A stretch of 64,000 bases of DNA, taken from positions 214,939-278,938 of the forward strand of contig JBGDBH010000001.1 in assembly GCA_048494595.1 (NCBI GenBank), read 5' to 3'. Below the pieces are notes generated by a model, which was not told the origin of the DNA, ran no database searches, and worked only from the letters and a program-made list of their open reading frames with translations. The stretch's first letter is position 1. Each line of letters begins with the position of its first letter. The position numbers and the translations under genes are program-made. Below are positions 1 through 12,816 of this stretch, one piece after another. The stretch is from Coxiella endosymbiont of Dermacentor nuttalli (GTDB taxonomy: Bacteria > Pseudomonadota > Gammaproteobacteria > Coxiellales > Coxiellaceae).

Positions 1-665
1 TATCTTCGAGCCAAAGCAGAACTAATGGCTGAGCTTAAGCTACAACCTGTTCCGCGAATATGGGTCTTTTTAATTCTAGAATTAATTAACCAAAATTCCT
101 TTTCACCATTTGTAAAAAAATCGCAAGCATTTTCAGAATTTAAATGACCACCCTTTAGCAATACTGATTTTACTCCTAACTTTAAGAAATCTCGTGCTGC
201 TGTCACCATATCTTCCTGAAAGTGAATTTTTTTCTGAAGTAAAACTTCAGCTTCAGGAATGTTAGGAGTTAATAAATCTACATAAGGGAAAATACATTGT
301 TTTAAAGGATAGGGTTCTGTAAAAGAAAAACCCGAAGTTGATTTTAGCACTGGATCACAAACGACAAAACCTTTGTAATGTTTCAAATAGGAACTGATCG
401 CAATCAAAATCGATTTTTTATTTAAAAGTCCTAATTTAATGACAGATGGCAAAAATGCTTTTTCTAGGCTGGCAATTTGCATTTGAATAAGATGAGATTC
501 GCAAGAATAAATTTCTAACACCTCTTGTGCATTCTGTGCTGTAATGGCAGTGATAATAGTAGCTGCATGAACATCAAAATCACGACATGTAAGTAAATCT
601 GCCTGACAACCCGCGCCTCCTGAGCAATCAGAACCACCAATTGTCCAAACAATTGGTTTTTTCAT
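1..665 (-). CDS. thiD: Hydroxymethylpyrimidine/phosphomethylpyrimidine kinase ThiD, N-terminal part (3' end runs off the window)
   Basis: Missing from the ORF track because there is no stop in the window. My translation of the minus strand from ATG 665-663 gives [45 protein letters not shown]..., a ThiD/PdxK-type N-terminus (GGSD..GGAG.QAD). ATGA overlap with the thiG stop. Last gene of the thiC-O-S-G-D string. Confidence 0.8.
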   Translation of the reverse strand, partial: MKKPIVWTIGGSDCSGGAGCQADLLTCRDFDVHAATIITAITAQNAQEVLEIYSCESHLIQMQIASLEKAFLPSVIKLGLLNKKSILIAISSYLKHYKGFVVCDPVLKSTSGFSFTEPYPLKQCIFPYVDLLTPNIPEAEVLLQKKIHFQEDMVTAARDFLKLGVKSVLLKGGHLNSENACDFFTNGEKEFWLINSRIKKTHIRGTGCSLSSAISSALARR

Positions 666-1459
666 TTACGAAAACTCATTAAAAATGGTTTATTGATCAA
701 AGGTGTTGTAACTTTAGCAATATTTCGTTTTTCAATCATACCGGCTTTATAGCCCAGTCGGCCAGCTTTTATCGCATAAGCAAATGCCTGAGCCATAGAA
801 ACGGGATCATTGGATACTGCCACCGCTGAATTTAATAAAACAGCATCAAAACCTATTTCCATAACTTGAACTGCATGTGATGGCTTTCCAATTCCTGCAT
901 CGATAATTAATGTAGTATTGGGGAATCTTTCTCGCAAGAGACGCAATGCATAAGGATTCATTAATCCTAACCCGCTTCCAACTGGTGAGGCCCAAGGCAT
1001 TAGAATGCGACAACCGACGTCGATTAAACGCTGACATAAAACCAAGTCTTCCGTACAATATGGCAGTACTTCAAACCCTTTTTTAATTAATATTTCAGCA
1101 GCGTCTACGAGAGCGAAAGTATTAGGTTGTAAGGTGTATTCATCGCCAACGATCTCTAATTTAATCCAATTGGTGTTAAATAACTCTCTGGCTAGTTGCG
1201 CTGTTGCTACAGCTTCTTTAACAATATGGCATCCCGCTGTGTTGGGTAGGATATGGCAAGGCAGTGATCGCATTAATTCCCAAAGATAATTTCTTTTTTC
1301 TCCCGGTAACTGTCGACGTAATGATACAGTAATGATCTCAGTTTTAGATGAGTTAATTGCTTTGTAAAGGATTTGTGGAGACGGATATTGTGCAGTACCT
1401 AATAATAATCGTGAATTAATTTGAGTATTAGAAATAGACCACATAACTAACCCCCACAC
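662..1459 (-). CDS. thiG: Thiazole synthase ThiG
   Basis: 265-aa ORF with ThiG hallmarks ([50 protein letters not shown]). Track start is GTG. A more likely ATG lies at 1444, 2 nt after the thiS stop. Confidence 0.93.
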   Translation of the reverse strand: MWGLVMWSISNTQINSRLLLGTAQYPSPQILYKAINSSKTEIITVSLRRQLPGEKRNYLWELMRSLPCHILPNTAGCHIVKEAVATAQLARELFNTNWIKLEIVGDEYTLQPNTFALVDAAEILIKKGFEVLPYCTEDLVLCQRLIDVGCRILMPWASPVGSGLGLMNPYALRLLRERFPNTTLIIDAGIGKPSHAVQVMEIGFDAVLLNSAVAVSNDPVSMAQAFAYAIKAGRLGYKAGMIEKRNIAKVTTPLINKPFLMSFRK

Positions 1460-1647
1460 ATTGCAGTTATTACTTCGACACGATCTCCAGCGTGAATGAT
1501 GGTTGTTTCATAATTAATACAGTTAATTATTGCTTCGTTAATTGCCACGGCGAATATTCCTGAAAAATCTTTATTAATCAATAAGTTTTTTAGTGTAGTT
1601 TGCGGATAGATACTTATAGGCTCACCATTTAAATAAATATTGATCAT
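1447..1647 (-). CDS. thiS: Sulfur-carrier protein ThiS
   Basis: 66 aa ending in ...CGG (C-terminal Gly-Gly of ThiS/MoaD-type carriers). Located between thiO and thiG. Confidence 0.85.
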   Translation of the reverse strand: MINIYLNGEPISIYPQTTLKNLLINKDFSGIFAVAINEAIINCINYETTIIHAGDRVEVITAMCGG

Positions 1648-1735
1648 TTTTACCTCTTACTATATACCTTTTCTCGAGAGAGAAGAAATTTTTCTCTCAA
1701 AAAACATGGGATTTCTAGAGATGGAAACAGTCTAA

Positions 1736-2737
1736 TTATAATTTTTCCATAATTTCATTGATCAATGATGGTGCTAATAAAAACCCATTTCGATATAACC
1801 CATTAATAGAAATTAAACCACGTTGCCAATTAATGCGAGGCAAATTATCGGATAAAGCAGGTCGCAAAGCTGCCACTGTTTCTATAATTCGTGCCTCAGC
1901 GAAGCCTCGATGAACACTATAAGCTGCTGATAATAATTCTAAACAAGTGCGCACAGAAATTGGGGAGATGTCTTTTGATTCAATTTCACTTGCACCAACA
2001 AGATAAATCTGATTAGGTCGTGGAACAATGTAAACTCTATAACGAGGGTGAAGCAATCGAATAGGGCGACTTAAATGTACATCTGGTGCGTGTAAATAAA
2101 TTAATTCCCCTCGAACCGCTCGTAAATCGCTAAATTGATCGCCTCCGCCAATCCCTCGACAATCAAATACATAATCAAAAGAATATGATTTTTCTTTTAT
2201 AAAGACATAATGGGGCATTATTTTTTCCACTAATTTATTTTCATACCAATGAATAGTCAATTTTTTTGCTAACGCCCCTAAAACTGCTCGTGAATCAATA
2301 TGTGCTTCTTGAGATAAAAAATAACCTTCTCGGAAATTTAATTCCGGCTCTAATTTTTTAATCTCGGATAGAGATACTTGCTGAATGCATAATTCCTTAA
2401 TTTTATATTGGATTCTTTTTATCCAACGTTCTTTTTCTGCTTTATCTTCCGGGTGTACAATTACAAGTGTTCCTTTTTTTTGAAAAAAGACCGATCCCGA
2501 AAATTCAGTCGACCATAGTTCCCATTTTTTTAATGAATATAAACCCCGATCGAAAATTATTCGATTTGATGTTTCGCATTCAGCTATTGGCGATAACATT
2601 CCTGCTGCAGCATAAGAGGCACTGTTTCGACCCAATTTATTATCTTTATCAAATAAAGTCACTTGCCATCCCGCTAAGGTCAGTCGCCAAGCCAACAAAC
2701 GACCCATCAAACCAGCACCTACAACCCCAGCTTTCAT
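1736..2737 (-). CDS. thiO: FAD-dependent glycine oxidase ThiO
   Basis: 333 aa with an N-terminal dinucleotide-binding motif VVGAGLMG. DAO-family length and position between thiC and thiS. Confidence 0.8.
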   Translation of the reverse strand: MKAGVVGAGLMGRLLAWRLTLAGWQVTLFDKDNKLGRNSASYAAAGMLSPIAECETSNRIIFDRGLYSLKKWELWSTEFSGSVFFQKKGTLVIVHPEDKAEKERWIKRIQYKIKELCIQQVSLSEIKKLEPELNFREGYFLSQEAHIDSRAVLGALAKKLTIHWYENKLVEKIMPHYVFIKEKSYSFDYVFDCRGIGGGDQFSDLRAVRGELIYLHAPDVHLSRPIRLLHPRYRVYIVPRPNQIYLVGASEIESKDISPISVRTCLELLSAAYSVHRGFAEARIIETVAALRPALSDNLPRINWQRGLISINGLYRNGFLLAPSLINEIMEKL

Positions 2738-2739
2738 TT

Positions 2740-4420
<1,681 letters not shown>

Positions 4421-5240
4421 TCGAATTAATAGATCAAATAGCAAGTGGAATGGAGTAAAATTATTTTACCTTTCTCTCTAAGTTTAGTTAAAAATTTCTT
4501 CTTTTAATTAAAGAAGCTTAGATGTTGTCCTAACGACAACTAGGAAATTCCTAATTCTATCAAAGTAAAGTATAATAGGTAAAATGATTAATTCTGATAA
4601 AGATGGACTTGAGGCGCTGTGGAACAATAAAAACCGTCTTATAAACTAAAGATGAGAATTTTATTACTTCAAACTTGAAGGTTAGGGAAATTGCTCAGAT
4701 CGTATCGCTTATCGAGTAAGGTTATGAAAAATCAAACTTTTAGTATAACTGTCCAACTTCAGAAATATAAGAGTATTTTTTTATCATTTTTCATGTATAT
4801 TATCTCATTCTATAATCTGATCTCATGAAGTTTGATTTTGCTTTTATTAAGATTAGTGTATTTAAAATAATAAACAATATGTTAAAGTAGTTAACACATG
4901 CTAATTTAGATATGATACGACTCGCAAAAAGTAGAGTGAACTTATTTCAAAAAGTTTTGATAGGATATAGTGAATGCTGCGTACTGTATACTGTGTAATA
5001 AGGTTAAGAAGCTCCGCTATGAACTTATGTAATGATTCTCTCTACCCAATAATAAATTCGTATATTGTGCTTTCTCACCAAGGTCCAAGTACTAGGTTCT
5101 AATTTTCAGTTGAAAACAGAAAAGAATATACCATTTAAGATCTCTTTTCATGAGATGCTGCTCATTATAATGACTTCTTCAATGACATCAAATTATATTT
5201 AAGTTCTGTTTGCTATCAAAAAATGCTACTATGCTATCCT

Positions 5241-6502
5241 ATGGATATTCTTATTGTTGGTAGTGGAGGCAGAGAACATGCTTTAGCATGGAAAACAGCA
5301 CAATCGGCTCAGGTTGAAAAAATTTGGGTTGCCCCTGGAAATGTCGGAACTGCACTTGAAAATAAAGTTCAAAATGTTGCCATCGGTGTTTCTAACATTC
5401 AAAAATTAGTTGATTTTGCACAAAAAAAAAAATAGACCTCACCATAGTTGGCCCTGAAGTACCAATAGCAAATGGAATTGTCGATCGATTTCATAAAGAA
5501 AATTTAATTATTTTTGGGCCAACACAAGCAGCTGCACAATTAGAAACCTCGAAAAGTTTTTGCAAAGCGTTTTTAAACCGACATAATATCCCGACCGCAA
5601 AATTTGTAACTTTTAAAAAACAAAATGATGCTTTAGCTTATCTCTCCAAGCAATCTTTCCCTATCGTTATCAAGGCCAATGGACTTTCAGCAGGAAAGGG
5701 AGTTTTTATCGCACAATCGTTAACGGAAGCAAGAAATACTGTTATTTCAATGATGGAAGAAAAAAAATTCAGTACAGCAGGACAAGAAATCGTAATTGAA
5801 GAATTTTTATATGGTAAGGAATTAAGCTTTATCACAATGGTCGATGGTAAACACATTTTGCCATTAGCTGGTTTACAAGATTACAAACAGCTTTTCAATG
5901 GGGGTCAAGGACCCAATACAGGTGGTATGGGTGCTTATTCACCTGTCCCCTGGTTATCGAACATCTTACAAGAGAGAACGATGACTAAAATCATGTATCC
6001 TGCTATTGCAGGCCTAAAAGCAGAAGGTATTACTTATTTAGGATTTTTATACGCAGGTTTAATGATAACAACAGATAATGAACCAAAAGTATTAGAATTT
6101 AATGTGCGCTTAGGTGATCCTGAAACTCAGTCACTCATGATGCGGTTGCGTTCAGATTTAATTGAATTAATTTTAACTGCTCTGTCCGGTAAATTAAATC
6201 AAGCAAACAGTATTTTGGACCAGAGAGTTGCTGTGACCGTTGTCATGACTTCTAGAAATTATCCTGAGAATTATAAAACAGGAGACATTATTGAAGGATT
6301 AGATCATCCTTTAACTTCCGACGTCAAAATTTTTCATGCAGGTACGCGAAAAAATAACAACATCATTGTTACTGAAGGCGGACGCGTTCTTTCTATCACT
6401 GCTTTAGGTAATAATTTGCGGAATGCACGAAAAAAAGCTTATAAAGTTGTCGATCAAATTAGCTGGCCAAATTGTCATTACCGAGATGACATTGGTTATT
6501 AA
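5241..6502 (+). pseudogene. purD: Phosphoribosylamine-glycine ligase PurD, interrupted by one frameshift in an A11 tract
   Basis: N-terminal frame gives MDILIVGSGGREHALAWKTAQS...LVDFAQKKK then TAG (5433-5435). The frame starting at 5432 continues IDLTIVGPEVPIANGIVDRF...SFPIVIKANGLSAGKGV... without stops into track ORF 5750-6502, ending at the canonical C-terminus ...HYRDDIGY. Both parts are collinear with E. coli PurD (..FAQNEKIDLTIVGPEAPL..). An A12 tract would restore QKKKIDL. Confidence 0.9.
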
Positions 6503-6654
6503 GATACTTACTTAATTTAAATTTATAGAAGAATTATCAGAGTAATTTCTTTAACAAGTGGTTGATTTGCTTTTAAACTATCTACCGCATAATTTATCTT
6601 TTTCGATAGTAATATAGTAATAAGGTTACATCCTGTAAGCTATCCACGCTGATA

Positions 6655-6707
6655 AAAATACAAAATACTTTTTTCTGCGATTGCAAGAAAAAAGTATTTT
6701 GTATTTT
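6655..6707. repeat. Perfect inverted repeat, 22-nt arms (AAAATACAAAATACTTTTTTCT / AGAAAAAAGTATTTTGTATTTT), 9-nt loop
   Basis: Read directly from the sequence. Arms at 6655-6676 and 6686-6707 are exact reverse complements. A 6-bp hairpin TCCTCT/AGAGGA follows at 6710-6727. Confidence 0.9.
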
Positions 6708-6779
6708 CTTCCTCTCGGAGAAGAGGATAGCATTTTAGAATAACGGATATGATTTTTGTTTGGTATAAAGTATCAGGGA

Positions 6780-6810
6780 TTCTCTGTGCACACATTGTGT
6801 GCACAGAGAA
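6780..6810. repeat. Perfect inverted repeat, 13-nt arms (TTCTCTGTGCACA / TGTGCACAGAGAA), 5-nt loop
   Basis: Read directly from the sequence. GC-containing stem about 70 bp from the previous palindrome, inside the ORF-free desert downstream of purD. Confidence 0.9.
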
Positions 6811-9133
6811 AGAACTTATTTTGTAGAAATTTACAGCTCCCTTATATTAGCTAGTTATTGAATGAATACAGGGACGATATCAAAAATAGTTATTAAATTT
6901 TTAAAGATAGCAAATGACAACGCATAGTTTTATGAAAGACTTTTCAATGAGAAGCCAATAGGATAGAATGTTTCTTTATTATTCTTTAAGAAAAGCACTA
7001 AAGATTTAATTCTTCCTGTAAACCTTTTTAGTCTATAGATTATATCTATATCTCTATTTTAATCTTTAAATATGAGAGAATTTCGTGAAAAACTAAATAA
7101 TCAATAGAAACTAATACAATTCATTGATAATCTTTATTTTATTTGCTCCTAATGAATATTAGGAATTTATCAAGTCTTTACTCAAACAAAAAAATAAAAA
7201 AAATGCATTTGATGCTTGTCCATTATGCATTACCTACCTCAATGCGCGTCCACTGTAAATGTTTTTAGTGATTATTTCCGTATCAACAATTGTATTTCTT
7301 TTTAAGACGTGATGGCTGTGAACATTTTTATCCTATTTTTATCCTATTGTGTAATCTCTAATTGTAGATCTATTAATCAATTGTAAAAAATAAAACCCCT
7401 TATTTAGCAGATCGGAAAAGATGTTTGCTCTTTCTTCTTTCTTATTTCGTTAAAATAAGATGAATGTAGATATGTATTATCTATCCCAAAAGACGATGGA
7501 AAACTATCCTATTATTTTATTCTGAATTTGAATTAATTTTTCCTTATCAACAATTTTTACAAATTATTAAAAATATTCAACCTATTACATGATAGGTTCA
7601 TTAGAGCACTACCTTTGATTAATATCTCTAAGAAAATTTCGGAAATTCTTGTCGAAGACGACTAAAGTATAATATCACAACTACAATCCGTGTTTGAATT
7701 GGAGCTACCTATCTTTATTATTATGATTACTCAATGATCACTTAAGCGATTTTTTAGATTTAAGATCTAAGCAATTCCATTAATTACAAGGTCTTAGTTT
7801 ATTGAATAATTCAGAGTGCTGTGCCAGAATTATTATAAAGAGTGGCTTTCCATTTTATTAAATAATTTTCTCCCTGTATGTTTATTCTGGCATTTTCATC
7901 ATAAAAAAATCTCATTCGTCAAACATACATCTACTCCTACAATTTGAAAAATTAGCTGAATTAATTGAGAGATCAGAATATTGAGTTCGATGGGTTTGTT
8001 CATTGACAAAACCTTTGATAGACTTCTGCTATTTCATCAGTAATTAGTACAAACAATTCCTCCATAAATGTATGCATCTAAGCTATTATTAAATGTTTAC
8101 GCGTCTGATTTTTCTCATTTAAAACATTATTCTTTAATAATCTTATCTTTTTTGAGGAATATTTAATAAGTGATTTGGGATCAGAGTATTACTTGTCGTC
8201 GCCTATCCACTTCGTTGGCGACAACTTATTATTTATTTTTTTCTTTGAAAAAAGCTTCATAGTTGTTATCAAAGAACTAGCAATATCAGTTAACTCTCTA
8301 TCCTTCCCACGCATACTAATGGACTTTCTTACTCCAAGCTATCTAAATTATCTTTTGAAATTACCTTATACAAAAGACATTAACTATTTTATAGACTATG
8401 GAAATTTATTTAAGAAATTACCTCACAGCAAGACTTTTAAAAATATTTAGATGTTAGATAATATTATTGATTTAAGCTAAAAATTTCAAACCGAAATAAT
8501 CAGTGATTCTTAAACCTGCACACTATAAAACGATACAACATTAGCTAAATAAAAAGGTAAACACTGCCGCTATCAACTCCCTCATGATAATTCGAGAATT
8601 TTCTTATTCATTCATATTCCCACCCATATTTTTCCGTTTTTATAACTTAATAATATCTGCTCTACTCTCTAATTAAATATCTCAATATTTTTGATATTTA
8701 TTTAAGAAGCACCATAAATTGGCCTTTTTCTGATTTAAGGAATTAAATTATAAAATAACTACTCATACCTATTTTTCACGATGTTTTCTTGCCCATTAAG
8801 GATGTTTACCTAACTAATGGCTAATAATTTGATACTACTTTCAAGTTATTCCGTTAAATCTTAACGACAAAGAAATAGCTGGGATGATTTTGTTGATAGT
8901 AAAATGCGTCTTTCAGATAGATGATTTTAATCAAGTCTTATTAATAAAATTGAGAATGTGATAAATTCATAAAAGAGAGTGACAAGACTAAGTGCAAATA
9001 TTTGATTATTAACAAATTTTTTTATTATTGGTCAAGCAGTTACGACAGATTTCACATTTCTCGCAAGAACAATAAATCATGTCTACAAACTTAGAGATTA
9101 AAATAAGTCGTATTGCTATTATATTAGGCTAAA

Positions 9134-9850
9134 TCAATGGCTCTCCTCGATATCAGGTTCAGACCATAGACAAACCCCTGTTCTCTTTAATAACTCTAAG
9201 AAAGCCTTATGTGCTACTTTTTCTTCCTTATTTGCTGCTATAACAGGTAAAGATTTTCGGTTTCTATCTAGTCGCCACATTTGAGATGACTGCATGATAA
9301 TGGAAGAATCTTGATGTTCAAATAACTTAGTTTGACCGCCGGTCATTAACAAATAAACTTGGGCTAGAAGTTTAGCATCCAATAATGCTCCATGATATTC
9401 TCGATTGGAACTGTCGATATGGTATCGTCGACAAAGAGCATCTAAATTATTACGCTGCCCAGGATGTTTTTGTCGAGCAATTGATAAAGTATCGAAAATT
9501 TGACAATAATCCGAGATCAACTTGAAAGATTTTCCGGTAAGCTTTAATTCGTGATTTAAAAAAGCCACGTCGAATGGGGCATTATGCATGATTAATTCAG
9601 ATCCCTTAAGAAAAGTGATGAGTTCATCTGAAATATCTTTAAATGAAGACTTATCAGACAAAAAACTTTCTGTAATACCGTGCACCATAATAGCATCGTG
9701 TTCGATAGAACGGCCTGGATTAACATAAAAATGGAGATGTTGGCCTGTTAAATGTCTATCAATCATTTCTAAACAACCAATTTCAATAATCCGATGTCCT
9801 TTTTCTAACTCGAGACCGGTCGTTTCTGTATCCAAGACAATTTGCCGCAT
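9134..9850 (-). CDS. dnaQ: DNA polymerase III epsilon subunit (3'-5' proofreading exonuclease)
   Basis: Exo motifs DTETTGL, HNAPFDVAFL and HGALLDAKLLAQVY. Start set at ATG 9850 (MRQIVLDTETTG), while the track ORF extends to 9886. Confidence 0.92.
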   Translation of the reverse strand: MRQIVLDTETTGLELEKGHRIIEIGCLEMIDRHLTGQHLHFYVNPGRSIEHDAIMVHGITESFLSDKSSFKDISDELITFLKGSELIMHNAPFDVAFLNHELKLTGKSFKLISDYCQIFDTLSIARQKHPGQRNNLDALCRRYHIDSSNREYHGALLDAKLLAQVYLLMTGGQTKLFEHQDSSIIMQSSQMWRLDRNRKSLPVIAANKEEKVAHKAFLELLKRTGVCLWSEPDIEESH

Positions 9851-9930
9851 CAAAATTCGCTTAGTTCTAAAAATTACTAAAACCATACATAAAAACGCGA
9901 TATCAATACAAAAATTTTCGTTGCCGAATT

Positions 9931-10383
9931 TTAATTTGATAATAATTCATCAATACCTTGATTAGCTAAGTAGTCTGCAATCTCATTTTCTGAGTGACCA
10001 CTATGACCTCTTACCCATTTCCAGCGAATCGTATGACTTCTAATTTCACTTTCTAAGGATTCCCACAACACCTTATTTTTAACTGGTTTTTTCTCACTAG
10101 TTTTCCATTGTCGTTTTTTCCATACAGGGAGCCATTCAGTTACTCCACGACGTAAATATTGAGAATCCGTAGTAGCAATCACATAACAAGGATGCTTTAA
10201 TGCTTTGAATGCTTTAATGGCAGCTATTAATTCCATTTGGTTATTGGTCGTATTGATAACATTGCCATAAAGCTGACGTTCATGGCCGTTATAACGTAGT
10301 AAAACCCCCCATCCGCCAGGGCCTGGATTTCCGCGACAAGCACCATCACAATATAGATACACAATATTTTGTTTCTTTTTCAT
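9931..10383 (-). CDS. rnhA: Ribonuclease HI
   Basis: YCDGACRGNPGPGGWG, TNNQMELIAAI, TDSQY and GHSGHSENEIAD motifs. ATG 10383 makes an ATGA overlap with the upstream methyltransferase stop. Confidence 0.92.
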   Translation of the reverse strand: MKKKQNIVYLYCDGACRGNPGPGGWGVLLRYNGHERQLYGNVINTTNNQMELIAAIKAFKALKHPCYVIATTDSQYLRRGVTEWLPVWKKRQWKTSEKKPVKNKVLWESLESEIRSHTIRWKWVRGHSGHSENEIADYLANQGIDELLSN

Positions 10384-11129
10384 AATTTCATAGATGGGAG
10401 TTGGTTTAATGAGGCCTGGGGAATCATTAGCTCTTTTTTCCATAAAATTCTACGATGGAGTGGTGCGTAAACTGCTTTCCTAGCTACTAGCAAATAAATA
10501 CCACCTGCTGTAGGAAAACAAGCCTGCCCGATTAGTTCATTAATTAAATGCACTCGCTGATTTAGTTTATTTTTATACGACAAACCATAACAAAAAGTTT
10601 TGCTAAAAGAAATGGAATATTTAAAATTAATCAACCATCGCTTTACTTGTTTGCGGGACCAAAATTTTCCATTCCAGGGAACCCCCCGTTTAATGGAAAA
10701 TAATTTCTCAAGCCCCCATAAACTCCAAGGATTAAAACCGAAAATGAATAATCTGCCTTCTGGTTTTAATACTTGGAAAATTTCTTGAATTAATTTAACA
10801 GGATAGTCAATAAATTCTAATACATGTACCAACATAAAAATATCGATACTTTCTGGTAATAAAGGTAGTTCCTGCCAATCCGTTCGTATAGATAATAAAT
10901 TATTAGTAAGTCCAGAAGTTAATTGAATATGATAGAGAGTAGGGCTTCCCGCTGAATGTGCAAGGGCAGTTTCTCCGCCCATCTGAATTAAATATTTTCC
11001 ACGAATAGTTTTTAAGAATCGTGTCGCTTCTTCACTTTCCAAAGACAACACCAAGGATCCTGGAGGATGTTGATACCAATCCTGCATGACCTCTAACGAC
11101 TGCTCCATATTCGTAAATTCCGAATTCAT
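10380..11129 (-). CDS. Class I SAM-dependent methyltransferase (YafS-like, Methyltransf_11 type)
   Basis: 249 aa. Lies between gloB and rnhA as yafS does in enterics and pseudomonads, with a VLEFIDYP...LKPEGRLFIFGFNP methyltransferase core. Confidence 0.7.
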   Translation of the reverse strand: MNSEFTNMEQSLEVMQDWYQHPPGSLVLSLESEEATRFLKTIRGKYLIQMGGETALAHSAGSPTLYHIQLTSGLTNNLLSIRTDWQELPLLPESIDIFMLVHVLEFIDYPVKLIQEIFQVLKPEGRLFIFGFNPWSLWGLEKLFSIKRGVPWNGKFWSRKQVKRWLINFKYSISFSKTFCYGLSYKNKLNQRVHLINELIGQACFPTAGGIYLLVARKAVYAPLHRRILWKKELMIPQASLNQLPSMKL

Positions 11130-11186
11130 ATTTTATACTGTTCAAAGTATTTAATTGTTTTCTACAAAGGGCAACACTTTTTCCTA

Positions 11187-11960
11187 ATGTCTCATATAAT
11201 TCTTGCCATTCCAGCTCTTAATGATAACTATATTTGGGCTATCGTGCATCCAAAGAAAAAAAATGCCGTAGTAATCGATCCTGGGGAAACAAAACCAATT
11301 CTTGATGTGTTGGAACAACAAGATTTAACACTAGCAGCTATATTACTTACTCACCATCACTGGGATCACACGCATGGTATCTCCGGTCTCTTAGAAAAAT
11401 ATCTTGTGCCTGTTTACGGGCCAGATGAAGCTATGATCCCTTGCTGCGATCACCTTATTAAAGGTGGTGATTACCTTACTCTATCCTCACTAGAGCTTAC
11501 TTTTAGTATTTTATCTATACCAGGACATACCTTGAGCCATATTGCTTATTATGGCCATCAGTTGGTTTTTACCGGTGATACATTATTTTCTGGAGGCTGT
11601 GGCCGACTTTTAGAAGGTTCATCAGACCAACTTTATCGTTCATTACTTAAATTAGCAGCTCTCCCTTTTGATACCCGAGTTTATTGTGGGCATGAATATA
11701 CTAAGAAAAACCTCGAATTTGCCAAAATTGTTGATCCTAATAATCTTAAACTTAAGAAGCGAATTGTAGAAACTCAGAAAAAAATTAGCCAAAATCTTCC
11801 TATACTACCTCCGAATCTTCGGCTTGAACTTGATACTAATCCTTTTCTCCGATGTCATAAAAAGAGCATTCAGCAAAGTGTAATAAAATATCATGGCCAT
11901 TCTTTTGCTGATGAAATTGCTATTTTTGCGGCTTTACGTCAATGGAAAGATAAATTTTGA
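11187..11960 (+). CDS. gloB: Hydroxyacylglutathione hydrolase (glyoxalase II)
   Basis: 257 aa with the metallo-beta-lactamase motif THHHWDH, ALNDNYIW at the N-terminus and GHEYT. Divergent from the methyltransferase-rnhA-dnaQ string. Confidence 0.9.
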   Translation: MSHIILAIPALNDNYIWAIVHPKKKNAVVIDPGETKPILDVLEQQDLTLAAILLTHHHWDHTHGISGLLEKYLVPVYGPDEAMIPCCDHLIKGGDYLTLSSLELTFSILSIPGHTLSHIAYYGHQLVFTGDTLFSGGCGRLLEGSSDQLYRSLLKLAALPFDTRVYCGHEYTKKNLEFAKIVDPNNLKLKKRIVETQKKISQNLPILPPNLRLELDTNPFLRCHKKSIQQSVIKYHGHSFADEIAIFAALRQWKDKF

Positions 11961-12816
11961 TTAAGTAAAAATTTAAGGTTTTTCTATATTTTAATTTATC
12001 TTTTCTGGATATGATTCCTAATCATTTTTTACTATTCATCTCATCAGGACATATTAAAGATATCCTTTCTTATTGTTAGAGAGCTTATAATATGGCAATC
12101 AATCTTTGCTAACTTAAAATGAAAGACATACCCATCTACTCTTAACTAAATAAGAGTTTGCATGATAGTAAAAATTGTTCTTTTTTGACGATGAAGAAAT
12201 TAACTACCGCTTTTATATTCTGAGCACATAAAGCCACTAATCATTGACAATGAATGCCAGAAAAACCTCATAAATTTTGGTTTAATTATGAAGTTGGATA
12301 TAGTAAACTATTTTCAATTACTTACATAAGTATCCCCGATGATTATTTCCATACTAGCTTTTTTCTATAGGTATATTGTGGAAAAAAGTGTTGTGCAGCC
12401 TCTATTCAATATAATCAGATCTCCCGTCCCCCGTGCTATCGCTCACTGATTTTAGTTCTTATCATTACTACTATGAAATTCACGAGAGTATGCACAGAAA
12501 TTATTTGTATTCTTTCTGATTTAATTAACAGTTACATGCAGTTCACATCTTTAGAATGATAAATATAACTAAATTTAGAAGAACTAGCTACTAAAAAAGT
12601 CAATTATTCAAAAGGTTAAATGCTTATATATCTAAATACTATATCGTTAAACGTAAAGTACTGCTTTTACTATTGCTCATCGATAACCACTGTAGCTAAA
12701 CTACGTTGTATCAACCACATCGTTGGAACAAGGTTCTATTGGTTTGGTTATATAGGAAGAATTTCTGAGGACTGTTTTTTATGCACCTATATAATTTATG
12801 TTAGAGAAAGAACTGT

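Noticed and set aside
4561-4730. THI-box further upstream (CTGAGC at about 4693-4698 on the minus strand)
   Set aside because: Only the CUGAG pentamer matches, with no ACCUGA/GCG/AGGGA partner at the right spacing. The candidate nearer the thiC start fits better.
8175-8450. 91-aa ORF in the purD-dnaQ desert
   Set aside because: TTG start, no Shine-Dalgarno, low-complexity Phe/Leu/Ile/Asn-rich sequence typical of random AT-rich DNA, and no recognisable family. The same reasoning applies to 12620-12820, 35407-35598, 19464-19712 and 34024-34323.
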